This document shows, piece after piece, positions 18,515-31,232 of a stretch of 64,000 nucleotides of DNA. Positions within the stretch are counted from its first letter, which is position 1, and every line of letters begins with the position of its first letter. The DNA is from Candidatus Omnitrophota bacterium (GTDB lineage: Bacteria; Omnitrophota; Gorgyraeia; Aquiviventales; Aquiviventaceae). Location: assembly GCA_016180575.1 (NCBI GenBank), contig JACPAY010000006.1, forward strand, positions 10,165-74,164, written 5' to 3'. The notes under the pieces were generated by a model. It was not told the DNA's origin, searched no databases, and worked only from the letters and a program-made list of their open reading frames with translations. A program made the position numbers and the translations under genes.

Positions 18515-20004
18515 CGCTCCACGATGTCCCGGTCCGAAAAAGGGATGGTGATGTGGTCGAACTGCTGGTAGGCCTCGTGGCCCTTGCCGGCAATCAGCAC
18601 CGTGTCGTCGCGCCGCGCCGCCGACAGCGCCGACACAATGGCCTGCTCCCGGTCAGGCGCCACCTCGAACTGCTGGAAGCCTGGCGGGAAGCCCGCTTGG
18701 ATCTGGCGGATGATCTCCATGGGATCCTCCCGCCGCGGGTTGTCGGAGGTCAGCACGACGTGGTCGGCGAGGAGGCTGGCCATCTTGCCCATGACCGGAC
18801 GCTTGGTCTGGTCGCGGTTTCCGCCGCAGCCGAAGACCGCGATGAGCCGGCCCCGCGTCAGCTCGCGCAGCGAGAGCAGCGCCAGGCGCAAGGCATCGGC
18901 GGTGTGGGCGTAGTCGACCACGATGTTGAAGTCGGCGTCGCTGAGGATGCGCTCCAGCCGGCCCGGCACCCCTTCAAGCGCCGCCAGGCCATGCTGGATC
19001 GCGTCGGGGGGGACGCCGAGGGCGAGCAGCGTCGTGGCGGCGGCGGCGATGTTCCAGACGTTGTGCCGTCCCGCCAGCGGGGTCGTCACCGGCACGACGC
19101 CCCACGGCGTGTCGAGGACGAGGGCGGTTCCCTGCCACGTGCAGGTGACGTGCTGCACCGAGACCTTGGCGGGACGCTCCATGCCGTAGGTGACGACCGT
19201 TTGCTGCGGGATGGTCTCGGCGAGCACGCGGCCGTAGGCGTCGTCCGCGTTGATGACCGCGACCCCGTCCGGCCGGAGGAATTCGAACAGGCGCCGCTTG
19301 GCGGCCGCATAGGCATCGCGCGTCCGGTGGTAGTCCAGGTGGTCCGACCCGAGGTTGGAGAAGACCGCCGCCTCAAACTCGAGGCCCGCCACGCGTCCCT
19401 GGGCCAGGGCGTGGGAGGAGACCTCCATCGCGCACCACTGCAGCCCCTCGCCCGCCATCTGGGCGAAGAGCCGCTGCAGCTCGAGCGGCCCGGGGGTGGT
19501 GTTGGTGGACGGCACCAGCCGGTCGCCGATCTGGTAGACGATCGTCCCCAGCAGGCCGGCGCGGTATCCGGCCGTCTCCAGGATCGCCTTGAGCAGATAG
19601 GTCGTCGTGGTCTTCCCGTTCGTGCCCGTGACGCCGACCAGGCGCAGCTTCCGCGAGGGGTGCCCGTAGAACCGGGTCGCAATCTGCACCAGCGCCTCCC
19701 GGCTGTCCCGGACGAGCACGCAGGGGCATGGGCGCGATGAGGACGCAGGCGCTCCGTGGATCCGCAGCACCGAGGCACCGGTCCCGGAACGGGAGAGGAT
19801 GGGGAGCCGCTGCTGGGCAATCACGGCCGCCGCGCCCCGCGCCACGGCCTCCTCGATGAACCGGTGGCCGTCCGTCGTCTCGCCGTCGATCGCGACGAAG
19901 AGATCCCCCGGACGGACCTGTTTCGAGTGGCAGGCGATCCCCGCGATGGGGATGGCCGCCACCGGGTCAGCCGTGACGCCGTGCAGCAGATCCCGCAGAT
20001 TCAT
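18478..20004 (-). CDS. murE: UDP-MurNAc-L-Ala-D-Glu--2,6-diaminopimelate ligase
   Basis: ATG at 20004 (MNLRDLLHGV...). GVTGTNGKTTT, and DNPR motif (TSDNPRREDP) typical of meso-DAP-adding MurE. Upstream ORF-track residues are a shadow over ftsI. Confidence 0.9.
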   Translation of the reverse strand: MNLRDLLHGVTADPVAAIPIAGIACHSKQVRPGDLFVAIDGETTDGHRFIEEAVARGAAAVIAQQRLPILSRSGTGASVLRIHGAPASSSRPCPCVLVRDSREALVQIATRFYGHPSRKLRLVGVTGTNGKTTTTYLLKAILETAGYRAGLLGTIVYQIGDRLVPSTNTTPGPLELQRLFAQMAGEGLQWCAMEVSSHALAQGRVAGLEFEAAVFSNLGSDHLDYHRTRDAYAAAKRRLFEFLRPDGVAVINADDAYGRVLAETIPQQTVVTYGMERPAKVSVQHVTCTWQGTALVLDTPWGVVPVTTPLAGRHNVWNIAAAATTLLALGVPPDAIQHGLAALEGVPGRLERILSDADFNIVVDYAHTADALRLALLSLRELTRGRLIAVFGCGGNRDQTKRPVMGKMASLLADHVVLTSDNPRREDPMEIIRQIQAGFPPGFQQFEVAPDREQAIVSALSAARRDDTVLIAGKGHEAYQQFDHITIPFSDRDIVERWLSTRHSVAMS

Positions 20005-21682
20005 AGGCAGACTCCAGCTCCCAATAGCCGGTGAGCCGCTCGACCAGGCGCTTGAACAGCGGCGCGGCCACGACGCCGCCGAAGTACAAGGGCCGCGGCT
20101 CATCCATGGACACGACGATGACAAACCGTGAGTCAGGCACCGGCCCAAAGCCGACGAATGAGGCGACGAAACGGCTGTGGGAGTAGCGGCCGGTTGGCTC
20201 CAGCTTCTGAGCCGTCCCGGTTTTACCGGCCACCGTGAGGCCATCGGCCTTCGCCAGCTGGCCGGTGCCTGACTCAACGACTGCCACGAGAAAGCGTTGG
20301 AGGGTGCCCGCCGTCTCCGGGCTGATGATCCGGACGCGCTCCGGATCCCCGTGCGATCGGACGAGGAGGCCGTCGGGCGTCTGGATGCGGTCCACGAGGT
20401 AGGGGCGGACCCGCAGGCCGCCGTTCGCGACGACCGCGATCATCACGGCGAGCTGAATCGGCGTGGCGGCAATCTCCTGTCCGATGGGGATGATGTACGG
20501 GGACAGCCTGGACCACTTCGCCGGCGGGCTCAGCAGGCCCCGGACCTCCCCCGGAAAGTCGATGCCGGTCCGCTCGCCGAACCCGAAGGCCCGGATGTAG
20601 CGGTAGAGCTCATCCGGCGAGAGGCGCTGGGCCGCCTTGGAGGTCCCAATGTTGGACGAGAGCTTGATGACGTCGTGGAATGTCAGGAGCCCGTGCGGCC
20701 GGTGGTCGTGGAGCACGTGGCGGGCCACCGTGGGCCAGGCGCCGTCCTCGCAGAAGATCTCATCATCGGGCGTGATCCGCCCTTCCTCCAACAGCGCCGA
20801 GGCGGTGACGATCTTGAAGATGCTCCCCGGCTCAAAGACGTCCGTCACGGCGCGGTTGCGGCGGTGCTCAGGCGGGGAGTCGGCCGGGGCGTTGGCATCG
20901 TAGGCCGGGGCATTGGCCATGGCGAGGATCGCCCCCGTCGCGGGCTCCATCACGATGATGGAGCCGCCCTTGGCATGGTACTGCGCAACACCCCAGGCCA
21001 GCGTCTCCTCGGCGACCTGCTGGACGACGCTGTCGATGGTCAGCACCAGGTCGTTCCCGTCCACCGGCTCGGCCTGGGACGTCCAGGGCCCGATGAGCCG
21101 CTCGCCTCTCGCATCCCGCAGCGTCGAGCGCCAGCCATTCTGCCCCTGCAGCATCCCATCGAACGCCAGCTCCAGGCTCTCCAGGCCGCGTTGATCGATG
21201 TCCACGAAGCCCATGAGGTGGCTGGCCAACCGCCCCTGCGGATAGACCCGCTTGGATTCCTCCATGATGCCCACGCCTTCCTTGCGGAGGGCCTGCAGCT
21301 GCGGGGCCATGCTCAGGTCCACCTGGCGGGCGACCCACACGAAGCCTTTGTCCTTCTCAAGCCGCCGCTGGATCATCCGGGCGTCCCGGTCCACGACCTT
21401 GGCCAGGCGCTTCGCCAAGTCCCCTTTGGCCGTGATCTGGCGCGCGTTGGCGAACACGGATGGCACTGAGGCGCTGACGGCCAGCACCCGCCCGCTCCGG
21501 TCCAGGATGGCGCCGCGGCGCGCCCGGAGCGTCTCGGTGACCTGGTGCTGGGAGCGCGCGAAGGCGGCGTACCGGGGACCGGCCAGGACCTGGAGCCACA
21601 CGCAGCGCGCCCACAGGACGCCGAGGCAGACCAGCCCCACCAGCAGGGCCCCGATGATCCGGTCGTTCGTCGGGCGCGCCAT
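19967..21682 (-). CDS. ftsI: penicillin-binding protein 3 (division transpeptidase)
   Basis: 571 aa. N-terminal TM helix, PBP dimerisation domain, SxxK (SIFK), SSN, KTGT. Confidence 0.9.
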   Translation of the reverse strand: MARPTNDRIIGALLVGLVCLGVLWARCVWLQVLAGPRYAAFARSQHQVTETLRARRGAILDRSGRVLAVSASVPSVFANARQITAKGDLAKRLAKVVDRDARMIQRRLEKDKGFVWVARQVDLSMAPQLQALRKEGVGIMEESKRVYPQGRLASHLMGFVDIDQRGLESLELAFDGMLQGQNGWRSTLRDARGERLIGPWTSQAEPVDGNDLVLTIDSVVQQVAEETLAWGVAQYHAKGGSIIVMEPATGAILAMANAPAYDANAPADSPPEHRRNRAVTDVFEPGSIFKIVTASALLEEGRITPDDEIFCEDGAWPTVARHVLHDHRPHGLLTFHDVIKLSSNIGTSKAAQRLSPDELYRYIRAFGFGERTGIDFPGEVRGLLSPPAKWSRLSPYIIPIGQEIAATPIQLAVMIAVVANGGLRVRPYLVDRIQTPDGLLVRSHGDPERVRIISPETAGTLQRFLVAVVESGTGQLAKADGLTVAGKTGTAQKLEPTGRYSHSRFVASFVGFGPVPDSRFVIVVSMDEPRPLYFGGVVAAPLFKRLVERLTGYWELESAYESAGSAARRHG

Positions 21683-21686
21683 CGCA

Positions 21687-21995
21687 TCAATCGGACAGTT
21701 CGTCGCCGGCCGCCAGCCGGATCGGCCGCTCGGCGCGCGCCGAGAACGCGGCCAGCGTCGAGCGGGCGACCAGCTTGAGCCGCCGCTCCTCCGCTACCTG
21801 CGCCAGATGCGTCGGCGAGGCGAGCCCATCCACTCGGGCGGTCAGCCACGTCACGTCCGTCTCTTTCGCATGGACGCGCTGCAGCCGCTGCCCGACGGCG
21901 TATCCCTGCAGCATGAGCGCATTGCGCTGGCTGACCCGCAGCAGGCCGATCCCGACCGTCAGGGCGAGCAGCGCGATCCAATGGCTCAGCCGCAT
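21687..21995 (-). CDS. ftsL: FtsL-like division protein
   Basis: 102 aa with a single TM helix (WIALLALTVGIGLL) followed by a coiled coil. Sits between rsmH and ftsI. Confidence 0.6.
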   Translation of the reverse strand: MRLSHWIALLALTVGIGLLRVSQRNALMLQGYAVGQRLQRVHAKETDVTWLTARVDGLASPTHLAQVAEERRLKLVARSTLAAFSARAERPIRLAAGDELSD

Positions 21996-22915
21996 CAGCG
22001 CTTCTCGATGGCGCGGAGCTTCGCGGACCGCGCCCGGGGGTTGCGCGCCACCTCCTCGGCGGATGGGCGGGCCGGCTTCTTGGTCAGCACCGTCCAGCGG
22101 CGCTCGCGCGCGCCCGAAAGGAACGCGCGCTTGACGAGCCGGTCTTCAAGCGAATGGAAGGTGATGATGACGGCGCGCCCGCCGGGGCTCAACACCGCGT
22201 CCAGGTGCCCCAGGAGGGTCTCCAGCGCGCCCAGCTCGTCATTGACCGCCATCCGCAGCGCCTGGAAGGTGCGCGTCGCCGGGTGCAGTCGGCCGTGCCG
22301 CGCGGCGGGGGGCACGGCCCCGGCCACCACACGCGCCAGCTGGGTGGTCGTGGTCAGGCGGCCGTCTTCCCTGGCCCGCACGATGGCGCGTGCGATCCGC
22401 CTGGCGAACCGCTCTTCGCCCAGCGTCTCCAGGAGCAGCGCCAGCTCGTCGGCCGCCAGCTCGTTGACGACCGCTTCGGCGGTCTCCTCCTGCTCGCGGT
22501 CCATCCGCATGTCCAGCGGGCCTTCCCTGGAAAAGCTGAAGCCCCGCTCGGCCCGATCCACCTGGAGGCTGGATATGCCGAGGTCCAGCAACAGGCCGTC
22601 CGCGCGGGGGATTCCCAGCTCCTGAAGGATGGCGGGCAATCGGCGGTAGTTCCCGTGGAGGAGGGTCGCCTGCGGCTCAAAATCGGCCAGGCGCTTCCGG
22701 GCCAGCTCGAGCGCGTCCTGGTCACGCTCAATCCCCACCAGCCTGCCGTCCGGCAGGAGGCGGGGCAGGATCATCAGGCTGTGGCCTCCCGTCCCCACCG
22801 TTCCATCCACCACGGTCGCGCCCGGCCGGGGGTTGAGCGCCTCAAGGACCTCCGCGCCCATCACCGGCTGGTGCCATTGGAGAGCCGCCGCCTCGCTCAT
22901 CAGGACGGCATGCAT
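21995..22915 (-). CDS. rsmH: 16S rRNA m4C1402 methyltransferase
   Basis: ATG at 22915 overlaps the mraZ stop (TAATG). HQPVMGAEVLEAL, DGTVGTGGHS. About 306 aa. The ORF-track extension to 23458 was rejected. Confidence 0.9.
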   Translation of the reverse strand: MHAVLMSEAAALQWHQPVMGAEVLEALNPRPGATVVDGTVGTGGHSLMILPRLLPDGRLVGIERDQDALELARKRLADFEPQATLLHGNYRRLPAILQELGIPRADGLLLDLGISSLQVDRAERGFSFSREGPLDMRMDREQEETAEAVVNELAADELALLLETLGEERFARRIARAIVRAREDGRLTTTTQLARVVAGAVPPAARHGRLHPATRTFQALRMAVNDELGALETLLGHLDAVLSPGGRAVIITFHSLEDRLVKRAFLSGARERRWTVLTKKPARPSAEEVARNPRARSAKLRAIEKR

Positions 22916-23352
22916 TATTCCAGCATCACGCGCTCGGCGATCTCTTCGAAGCTCTGGCGGGACGACTCGTAGAAGGCCTGCCACTTCTCTTTCGCCCAAA
23001 TCTCTATGCGAGTCGACACCCCGATGATCATCACGTCCTGCTTGATCTCTGCGAAATCTTTCAGATGTTTCGGGATCAGGAGCCGCCCCAGGCGATCGAC
23101 CGTCACTTCCGACGCGCCGGAGAATAGGAGCCGATTGAACTTCCGGCCCTCGGCCTTGGTGAAGGAGAGCTGCTTGAAGCGGCTCTCGTCGGTGCGCCAC
23201 TGCGATTCGGGAAACAAGAAGAGGCACACGTCGAGGCCCCGGGTCAGGAAGAGTGTTTTGATGTCGTGCTGTTTGAATGCCTGGCGGAGTTTGGAGGGAA
23301 CGATCAGGCGGCCTTTGCGGTCCATGGTGTGCGCGTACTCGCCGTAAAACAT
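22915..23352 (-). CDS. mraZ: division/cell-wall cluster transcriptional regulator MraZ
   Basis: 145 aa, MFYGEYAHTMDRKGRLIVPSKLR..., two SpoVT/AbrB-like halves. First gene of the dcw cluster. Confidence 0.9.
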   Translation of the reverse strand: MFYGEYAHTMDRKGRLIVPSKLRQAFKQHDIKTLFLTRGLDVCLFLFPESQWRTDESRFKQLSFTKAEGRKFNRLLFSGASEVTVDRLGRLLIPKHLKDFAEIKQDVMIIGVSTRIEIWAKEKWQAFYESSRQSFEEIAERVMLE

Positions 23353-23390
23353 CGGCCATCCTATCGCCTAGACCCTGAGGCGTTAGAAGT

Positions 23391-23420
23391 AATCCACTTC
23401 GCTCCACTTTGCGCCACAAC
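23391..23420 (-). promoter_or_regulatory. putative MraZ operator: three GTGG boxes at exact 10-bp spacing
   Basis: CCAC on the plus strand at 23394, 23404 and 23414 (GTGGcgcaaaGTGGagcgaaGTGG on the coding strand), immediately downstream of the predicted -10. Confidence 0.55.
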
Positions 23421-23428
23421 GTGACCAA

Positions 23429-23458
23429 ACTATACCCGTCCCACCCCCTGGTTGTCAA
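23429..23458 (-). promoter_or_regulatory. sigma70-type dcw promoter (TTGACA-18-TATAGT)
   Basis: -35 TTGACA (23458..23453), 18-nt spacer, -10 TATAGT (23434..23429). An A/T-rich UP-like tract lies upstream. Confidence 0.6.
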
Positions 23459-23558
23459 GGCAAAAACGACAAATTTTACGCAGGATTATGCTTTGCTAAG
23501 CGCCTGGGATGAGCGGAGATGGAAACGCCCCGGATAGGAGCGCTGAAGGGGAAACGAA

Positions 23559-24506
23559 CTAGGTGCGCCGCGAAAACAGCCGGCGCGCGCGAATGAGGTC
23601 CCGGCGGACCTGCCGGTAGAGCGCCTCGGGGCTGGGGAAACAGCGCTCGCTGCGCAGGCGAGCCAGCAGCGACACCGAAACGGAGCGGCCCGTGAGCGCG
23701 CCGGAAAACCCCAAGAGGTGCACTTCGCAGACGAGCGGGCTTGCCCCGAAGGTCGGGCGGGTGCCGAGGTTCATCACGCCGCGAAACGCGCCGGGGCGGC
23801 CGGCGCAGCGGAGGAGGACCGCGTACACGCCGGTGGGCGGCAGCACGTGCGGTGAAAGCCTCACGTTCGCCGTCGGGACGCCGAATCGGCGCCCGCGCCC
23901 GGCGCCGCGGACGACCCGGCCGTACAGCGCCGGCGCGCGGCCGAGCAGCCGCCGAGCCGTCCCGAGCTGCCCAGCCGCAATGGACCGCCGGATGCGCGAG
24001 CTGGAGATCGGCTGGCCGCCGTTGGTCATCTGCCGGATCGGGACCACCCGCATGCCGCAGCGGGGCCCGAGCGCGCGCAGCACCGCCATGTCCCCCCGGC
24101 GGTTTCGGCCGAACGCAAACGTCTCCCCGACGACCAGCGTCTCGGCGCGCAGGCGGTCGATCAGGATCCGCCGGATGAACTGCGCGGCCGTCAGCCGGGC
24201 GAACCGCTTCGTGAACGGGATGACCCACACGACGTCCGCGCCAAGCCGCTGCAGGTGGCTGATCCGCTCGCGGAGCGGCATGAGCGCAGGCTGGGCGCGG
24301 CCCGGGCTCAGGACGGCCTGCGGGTCGGGATCAAAGGTGAGGACAACGCTGGTGCCCCGACGGAGGCGCGCCATCCGGACGGCGGAACGGATGAGGCGCT
24401 GGTGGGCGCGGTGGACCCCATCGAACATGCCGATGGCGACGACGGCGCGCGGGGGCGGCTGCGTCAGCGCGCGCAGTCCGCGGAGCACGCGCCCGCGCCC
24501 CTTCAT
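23559..24506 (-). CDS. ribF: bifunctional riboflavin kinase / FAD synthetase
   Basis: 315 aa (VAIGMFDGVHRAHQ, C-terminal riboflavin kinase domain). Confidence 0.9.
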   Translation of the reverse strand: MKGRGRVLRGLRALTQPPPRAVVAIGMFDGVHRAHQRLIRSAVRMARLRRGTSVVLTFDPDPQAVLSPGRAQPALMPLRERISHLQRLGADVVWVIPFTKRFARLTAAQFIRRILIDRLRAETLVVGETFAFGRNRRGDMAVLRALGPRCGMRVVPIRQMTNGGQPISSSRIRRSIAAGQLGTARRLLGRAPALYGRVVRGAGRGRRFGVPTANVRLSPHVLPPTGVYAVLLRCAGRPGAFRGVMNLGTRPTFGASPLVCEVHLLGFSGALTGRSVSVSLLARLRSERCFPSPEALYRQVRRDLIRARRLFSRRT

Positions 24507-25213
24507 GAGCGGCGGCCCGCGGCGCCGAGGCCCGGCGTCACCGGACGCAGCTCGCGCGCCAGGGCCTTTGCATCCTGCTGGGCGATCCAGTCAAGAGGCC
24601 TGGCCTCCTCGAGGCTCCAGGTCCCGACGCGCAGCCGCACCAGGCCCGCCAGATGGCCCACCGTGCCCAGCCGCTCGGCGATGGATTCGGCGAGGCTCCG
24701 GACGTACGTGCCGGAGGAGCAGCGGATCCGAAACGTGATGGTGTCGCGGTCGCAGGCGATCAGGACGATCTCGGAGAGCTGCACCGGCCGCGCCGCGAGC
24801 GTGACCGGCCGCTGCCGGCGCGCCCACCAGTACGCCGGGCGTCCCCGGACCTTCACCGCGCTGTAGGCGGGCGGGGTCTGCAGCAGCGTCCCCTCGAACG
24901 AGGCGAGGACCTCGGCGACGCGGGAGCGGTCCAGCGCGGGCACGGCGGCGGTGCGCACCACTCGCCCTGCGGCATCGCCGGTGTCCGTCTGCGCGCCCAG
25001 CCGGACCACCGCTTCGTACACCTTGTCATGCCCCTGGAAGGCCTGCTGGTGCTTCGTGGCCGGCCCGACGAGCAGGATGAGGAGCCCGCGGGCGATCGGA
25101 TCCAGCGTGCCGGTGTGGCCGATCCGCCTGATGCCGAGCTTGCGGCGGACCACCTGCACGACGTCGTGCGAGGTGACTCCCGCAGGCTTATTGACGAGCA
25201 GGGCGCCTTCCAT
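24503..25213 (-). CDS. truB: tRNA pseudouridine-55 synthase
   Basis: ATG at 25213 (MEGALLVNKPAGVTSHDVV...GHTGTLDP). The ORF-track N-terminal 75 aa were rejected. Confidence 0.9.
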   Translation of the reverse strand: MEGALLVNKPAGVTSHDVVQVVRRKLGIRRIGHTGTLDPIARGLLILLVGPATKHQQAFQGHDKVYEAVVRLGAQTDTGDAAGRVVRTAAVPALDRSRVAEVLASFEGTLLQTPPAYSAVKVRGRPAYWWARRQRPVTLAARPVQLSEIVLIACDRDTITFRIRCSSGTYVRSLAESIAERLGTVGHLAGLVRLRVGTWSLEEARPLDWIAQQDAKALARELRPVTPGLGAAGRRS

Positions 25214-25220
25214 TTGCGGC

Positions 25221-25574
25221 TCACCCGTCGGGAGGCTGTTTGAGCTTCTCAAACGTCTCGGACAAGGCCACCGACCCCTCGATGGAGGCGTCATACCGGA
25301 AGGCCAGCTCAGGGATGATCTTGAGGCGAAACCGCTTCTTGAGCAGGCCGTGGATGAATCTTGCGGCATGATCCAGCGCATCCTGCGAGCTCGCGCGCTC
25401 CTCCGCTCCGCCCAGGCAGCTGAACAGCACCTTGGCATGCCGCAGATCGTTGGACAGCTCGATCCGGGTGATCGTCACGAACCCCAGCCGCGGATCCTTC
25501 AGCTCCTGATGGATGATCGTCGCGATCTCCTGCCGGAGCTGCCCGGCCAGGCGCGCCGTTCGGGTGTTCTGCAT
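25221..25574 (-). CDS. rbfA: ribosome-binding factor A
   Basis: 117 aa, RbfA-like (LKDPRLGFVTITRIELSNDLRHAKV). Confidence 0.85.
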   Translation of the reverse strand: MQNTRTARLAGQLRQEIATIIHQELKDPRLGFVTITRIELSNDLRHAKVLFSCLGGAEERASSQDALDHAARFIHGLLKKRFRLKIIPELAFRYDASIEGSVALSETFEKLKQPPDG

Positions 25575-25575
25575 C

Positions 25576-25857
25576 TCACCAGCACTCCTGTTGGACCCGG
25601 CTCAATTCCACGAGGCGGGTGGCCCGCAGCCATTCCGTCACCTCGGTGAGGAGCCCTTCGACGTACGCCCGCTGCTCGCCGATCGCCGAGACGCCGATGG
25701 TCGCGCGCTGCCAGGTCTCGTTTGCGTCGAGCTCCGCCACCGCCACATTGAACCGGCCCCGGAGCTGGTCCTTGAGGCGCTTGATGACCGACCGCTTGTC
25801 CTTGAGCGATTGGGCGGTCGGCACGTGCACGTCGAGCTGCAGGACGCCGATGACCAT
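25576..25857 (-). CDS. DUF503 (YlxP-like) protein
   Basis: 93 aa. MVIGVLQLDVHVPTAQSLKDKRSVIKRLKDQLR is typical of DUF503. Confidence 0.7.
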   Translation of the reverse strand: MVIGVLQLDVHVPTAQSLKDKRSVIKRLKDQLRGRFNVAVAELDANETWQRATIGVSAIGEQRAYVEGLLTEVTEWLRATRLVELSRVQQECW

Positions 25858-25859
25858 CG

Positions 25860-26624
25860 TCAGGCCGCGCCCACCGACGAGTTGAGCAGCGCGGCCAGCG
25901 CCTCAAAGCACGCGAGCGGATCCGGCTCCCCGCGCATCCGAGCAAGCTCCCGGCGCAGCCGCCCCGCATTGAGCCACCCCAGCGCCCCGGCGGCCACCGC
26001 CTCCTCCGCGGCGCGCCGCGTGAGCGGCTCCCATCGCAATCCGAAACGCTGGGCAAACCGGATTCCCCGCAGCAACCGGCTGGGATCATCCAGGAAGCTT
26101 CGGCCGTGCAGGACGCGCAGGCGCCGCTGCTCGAGGTCCCGCGCGCCGTGAAACGGGTCCACGAGCGCCCCGAATCGGGCGGGGCTCAGGGCGGCCGCCA
26201 TCGCATTGACGGTGAAGTCGCGGCGGAAGAGGTCATCCTTCAGCGTCCCCGCGGCGATCTTCGGGTAGGCCGCGGGCCTGGCGTAGGTCTCCCGCCGGCA
26301 GGTGGCGAAGTCCACCCGCAGCGGCCCTGACGGCCGGCCGCCGTCCGCTCGCCGGCGCAGCCGCTGCGTCGCGGTCCCGAACTGCTGGTGGACCGTCAGC
26401 GTGCCGCCGAGGGCGTGTCCTGCGGCGCGGGCCACCGCGATGCCGTCGCCTTCCACCGTCACATCGAGGTCCGGCGTGTCGATGGGGAGGCCGAGCAGCC
26501 AGTCGCGGACGCAGCCGCCGACCGCATACGCCCGCATGCCGCGCTGGTCGGCGAGCCCGCCGATTGCGCGCAGGAGCGGCTCAACCCGCCTGGGGATCGG
26601 GACCTGGGTCGCCATGCGGGTCAT
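25860..26624 (-). CDS. tRNA nucleotidyltransferase / poly(A) polymerase family protein (short form)
   Basis: ATG at 26624. AVGGCVRDWLLG...DLDVTVEG head-domain motifs. Only about 254 aa, shorter than canonical CCA-adding enzymes. Confidence 0.7.
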   Translation of the reverse strand: MTRMATQVPIPRRVEPLLRAIGGLADQRGMRAYAVGGCVRDWLLGLPIDTPDLDVTVEGDGIAVARAAGHALGGTLTVHQQFGTATQRLRRRADGGRPSGPLRVDFATCRRETYARPAAYPKIAAGTLKDDLFRRDFTVNAMAAALSPARFGALVDPFHGARDLEQRRLRVLHGRSFLDDPSRLLRGIRFAQRFGLRWEPLTRRAAEEAVAAGALGWLNAGRLRRELARMRGEPDPLACFEALAALLNSSVGAA

Positions 26625-27504
26625 GGCCGCGGGTGGTACTTCTCGTGCACCGCCTTGAGCCGCGAGCGGTCCACATGGGTGTAGCGCTGCGTGGTGCTGA
26701 TGTTGGCGTGGCCCAGCAGCTCTTGGACGATCCGCAGATCGGCGCCCCGCTCCAGCAGGTGCGTCGCGAAGGAATGGCGCAGCGTGTGGGGACTGATGCC
26801 GTTTCCCAGCAGGCCCGACGCGGCGTACCGGCGCAACACCTGCCAGACCCGCTGGCGGGTCAGCCGCCCGCCCCGGCGGCTGACGAACAAGGCCGGCGTC
26901 TCCGACCGGCCGGCCATCAGCCGCGGGCGCTCCGTCTGCAGGTACCGGCTCATCGCGGCCGCCGCCTGGCGGCCGAGGGGCATGATGCGCTCCTTGTTCC
27001 CCTTCCCGATGCACCGGAGGAAGCCCGCCTCGAAGTTGCAATGGCCAAGGTCCAGCGACACCAGCTCCGAGACGCGCAGGCCGGCGCCGTAGAGCAGCTC
27101 GAGCATGGCCAGGTCGCGCAGCCCGAGCCCCTCGGCCTTGACGCTGCGCAGCAGCCGCTCCACCTCCTCGACGTTGAGCGTCCTCGGCAGGCGGCGCCAG
27201 AGCCGCGGCGTCTCGATGAACGCCGTCGGGCTGCGGAGGACCACCCGCTGGCCCTCGAGGAACCGGAACAGCCCCTTCACTGCCGCCAGCTTCCGGGCCA
27301 CCGTCGCGGGGCTGCGCCTCTCGCGCAGCGATTGGAGGAACTCCCGCACGTGCAGCGGCCGCACGCGCGCAAGGCCCCCGATGCGCCTCGCCTTGAGAAA
27401 CGCCTCGAAGAGCCCCAGGTCCTGGCGGTAGCTGGCTCTCGTCGTCGGGCTGAGGCCGCGCTCCAGCTCCAGGTAGGTCAGGAACCCGTCAATCTGCTCG
27501 CGCA

Positions 27505-27505
<1 letters not shown>
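26621..27505 (-). CDS. tyrosine recombinase, XerC/XerD type
   Basis: 294 aa. N-terminal SAM-like domain plus catalytic R...HxxR...Y (HTLRHSFATHLL, LGHANISTTQRYTHV). Confidence 0.85.
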
Positions 27506-30874
<3,369 letters not shown>

Positions 30875-30895
30875 GACCGAGGGCGGGCCCCTCAG

Positions 30896-31201
30896 CTAAT
30901 AATAGCGGATCTCGAAGTCGTCAAAGGCCTCGGTGGCGCCGCTCCAGGAGATGTCGGCCCGCTGGATGAAGTTCTTCATCGGCCCGTTCTGGACCGCCTC
31001 GAGGAACCGCTTCAGCGCCGCCTCCTCGGCCTCGGCCACGATCTCCACCCGCCCGTCGCGGAGGTTCTTGACCCAGCCCATGACGCCAAGGCTCTTGGCT
31101 GTCTCCTCCGCCGTCATGCGGAAGCCGACCCCCTGCACCCGGCCCGAGTAGAAGACATGAACCCGCTGCTGCATCGCCACCTGTTGGGACTGCCCTGCCA
31201 T
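30896..31201 (-). CDS. acyP: acylphosphatase
   Basis: 101 aa (VHVFYSGRVQGVGFR..., GWVKNLRDGRVE). Confidence 0.8.
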   Translation of the reverse strand: MAGQSQQVAMQQRVHVFYSGRVQGVGFRMTAEETAKSLGVMGWVKNLRDGRVEIVAEAEEAALKRFLEAVQNGPMKNFIQRADISWSGATEAFDDFEIRYY

Positions 31202-31232
31202 AAAACCCTATTCTAATCATTTTCGCCGTCGA

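Noticed and set aside
25860-26624. The short (about 254 aa) CCA/poly(A) polymerase family gene, considered as a truncated pseudogene.
   Set aside because: The head-domain motifs are intact and the gene is tightly packed between xerC/D and DUF503 with no frameshift visible. Length alone is not enough to call a pseudogene.
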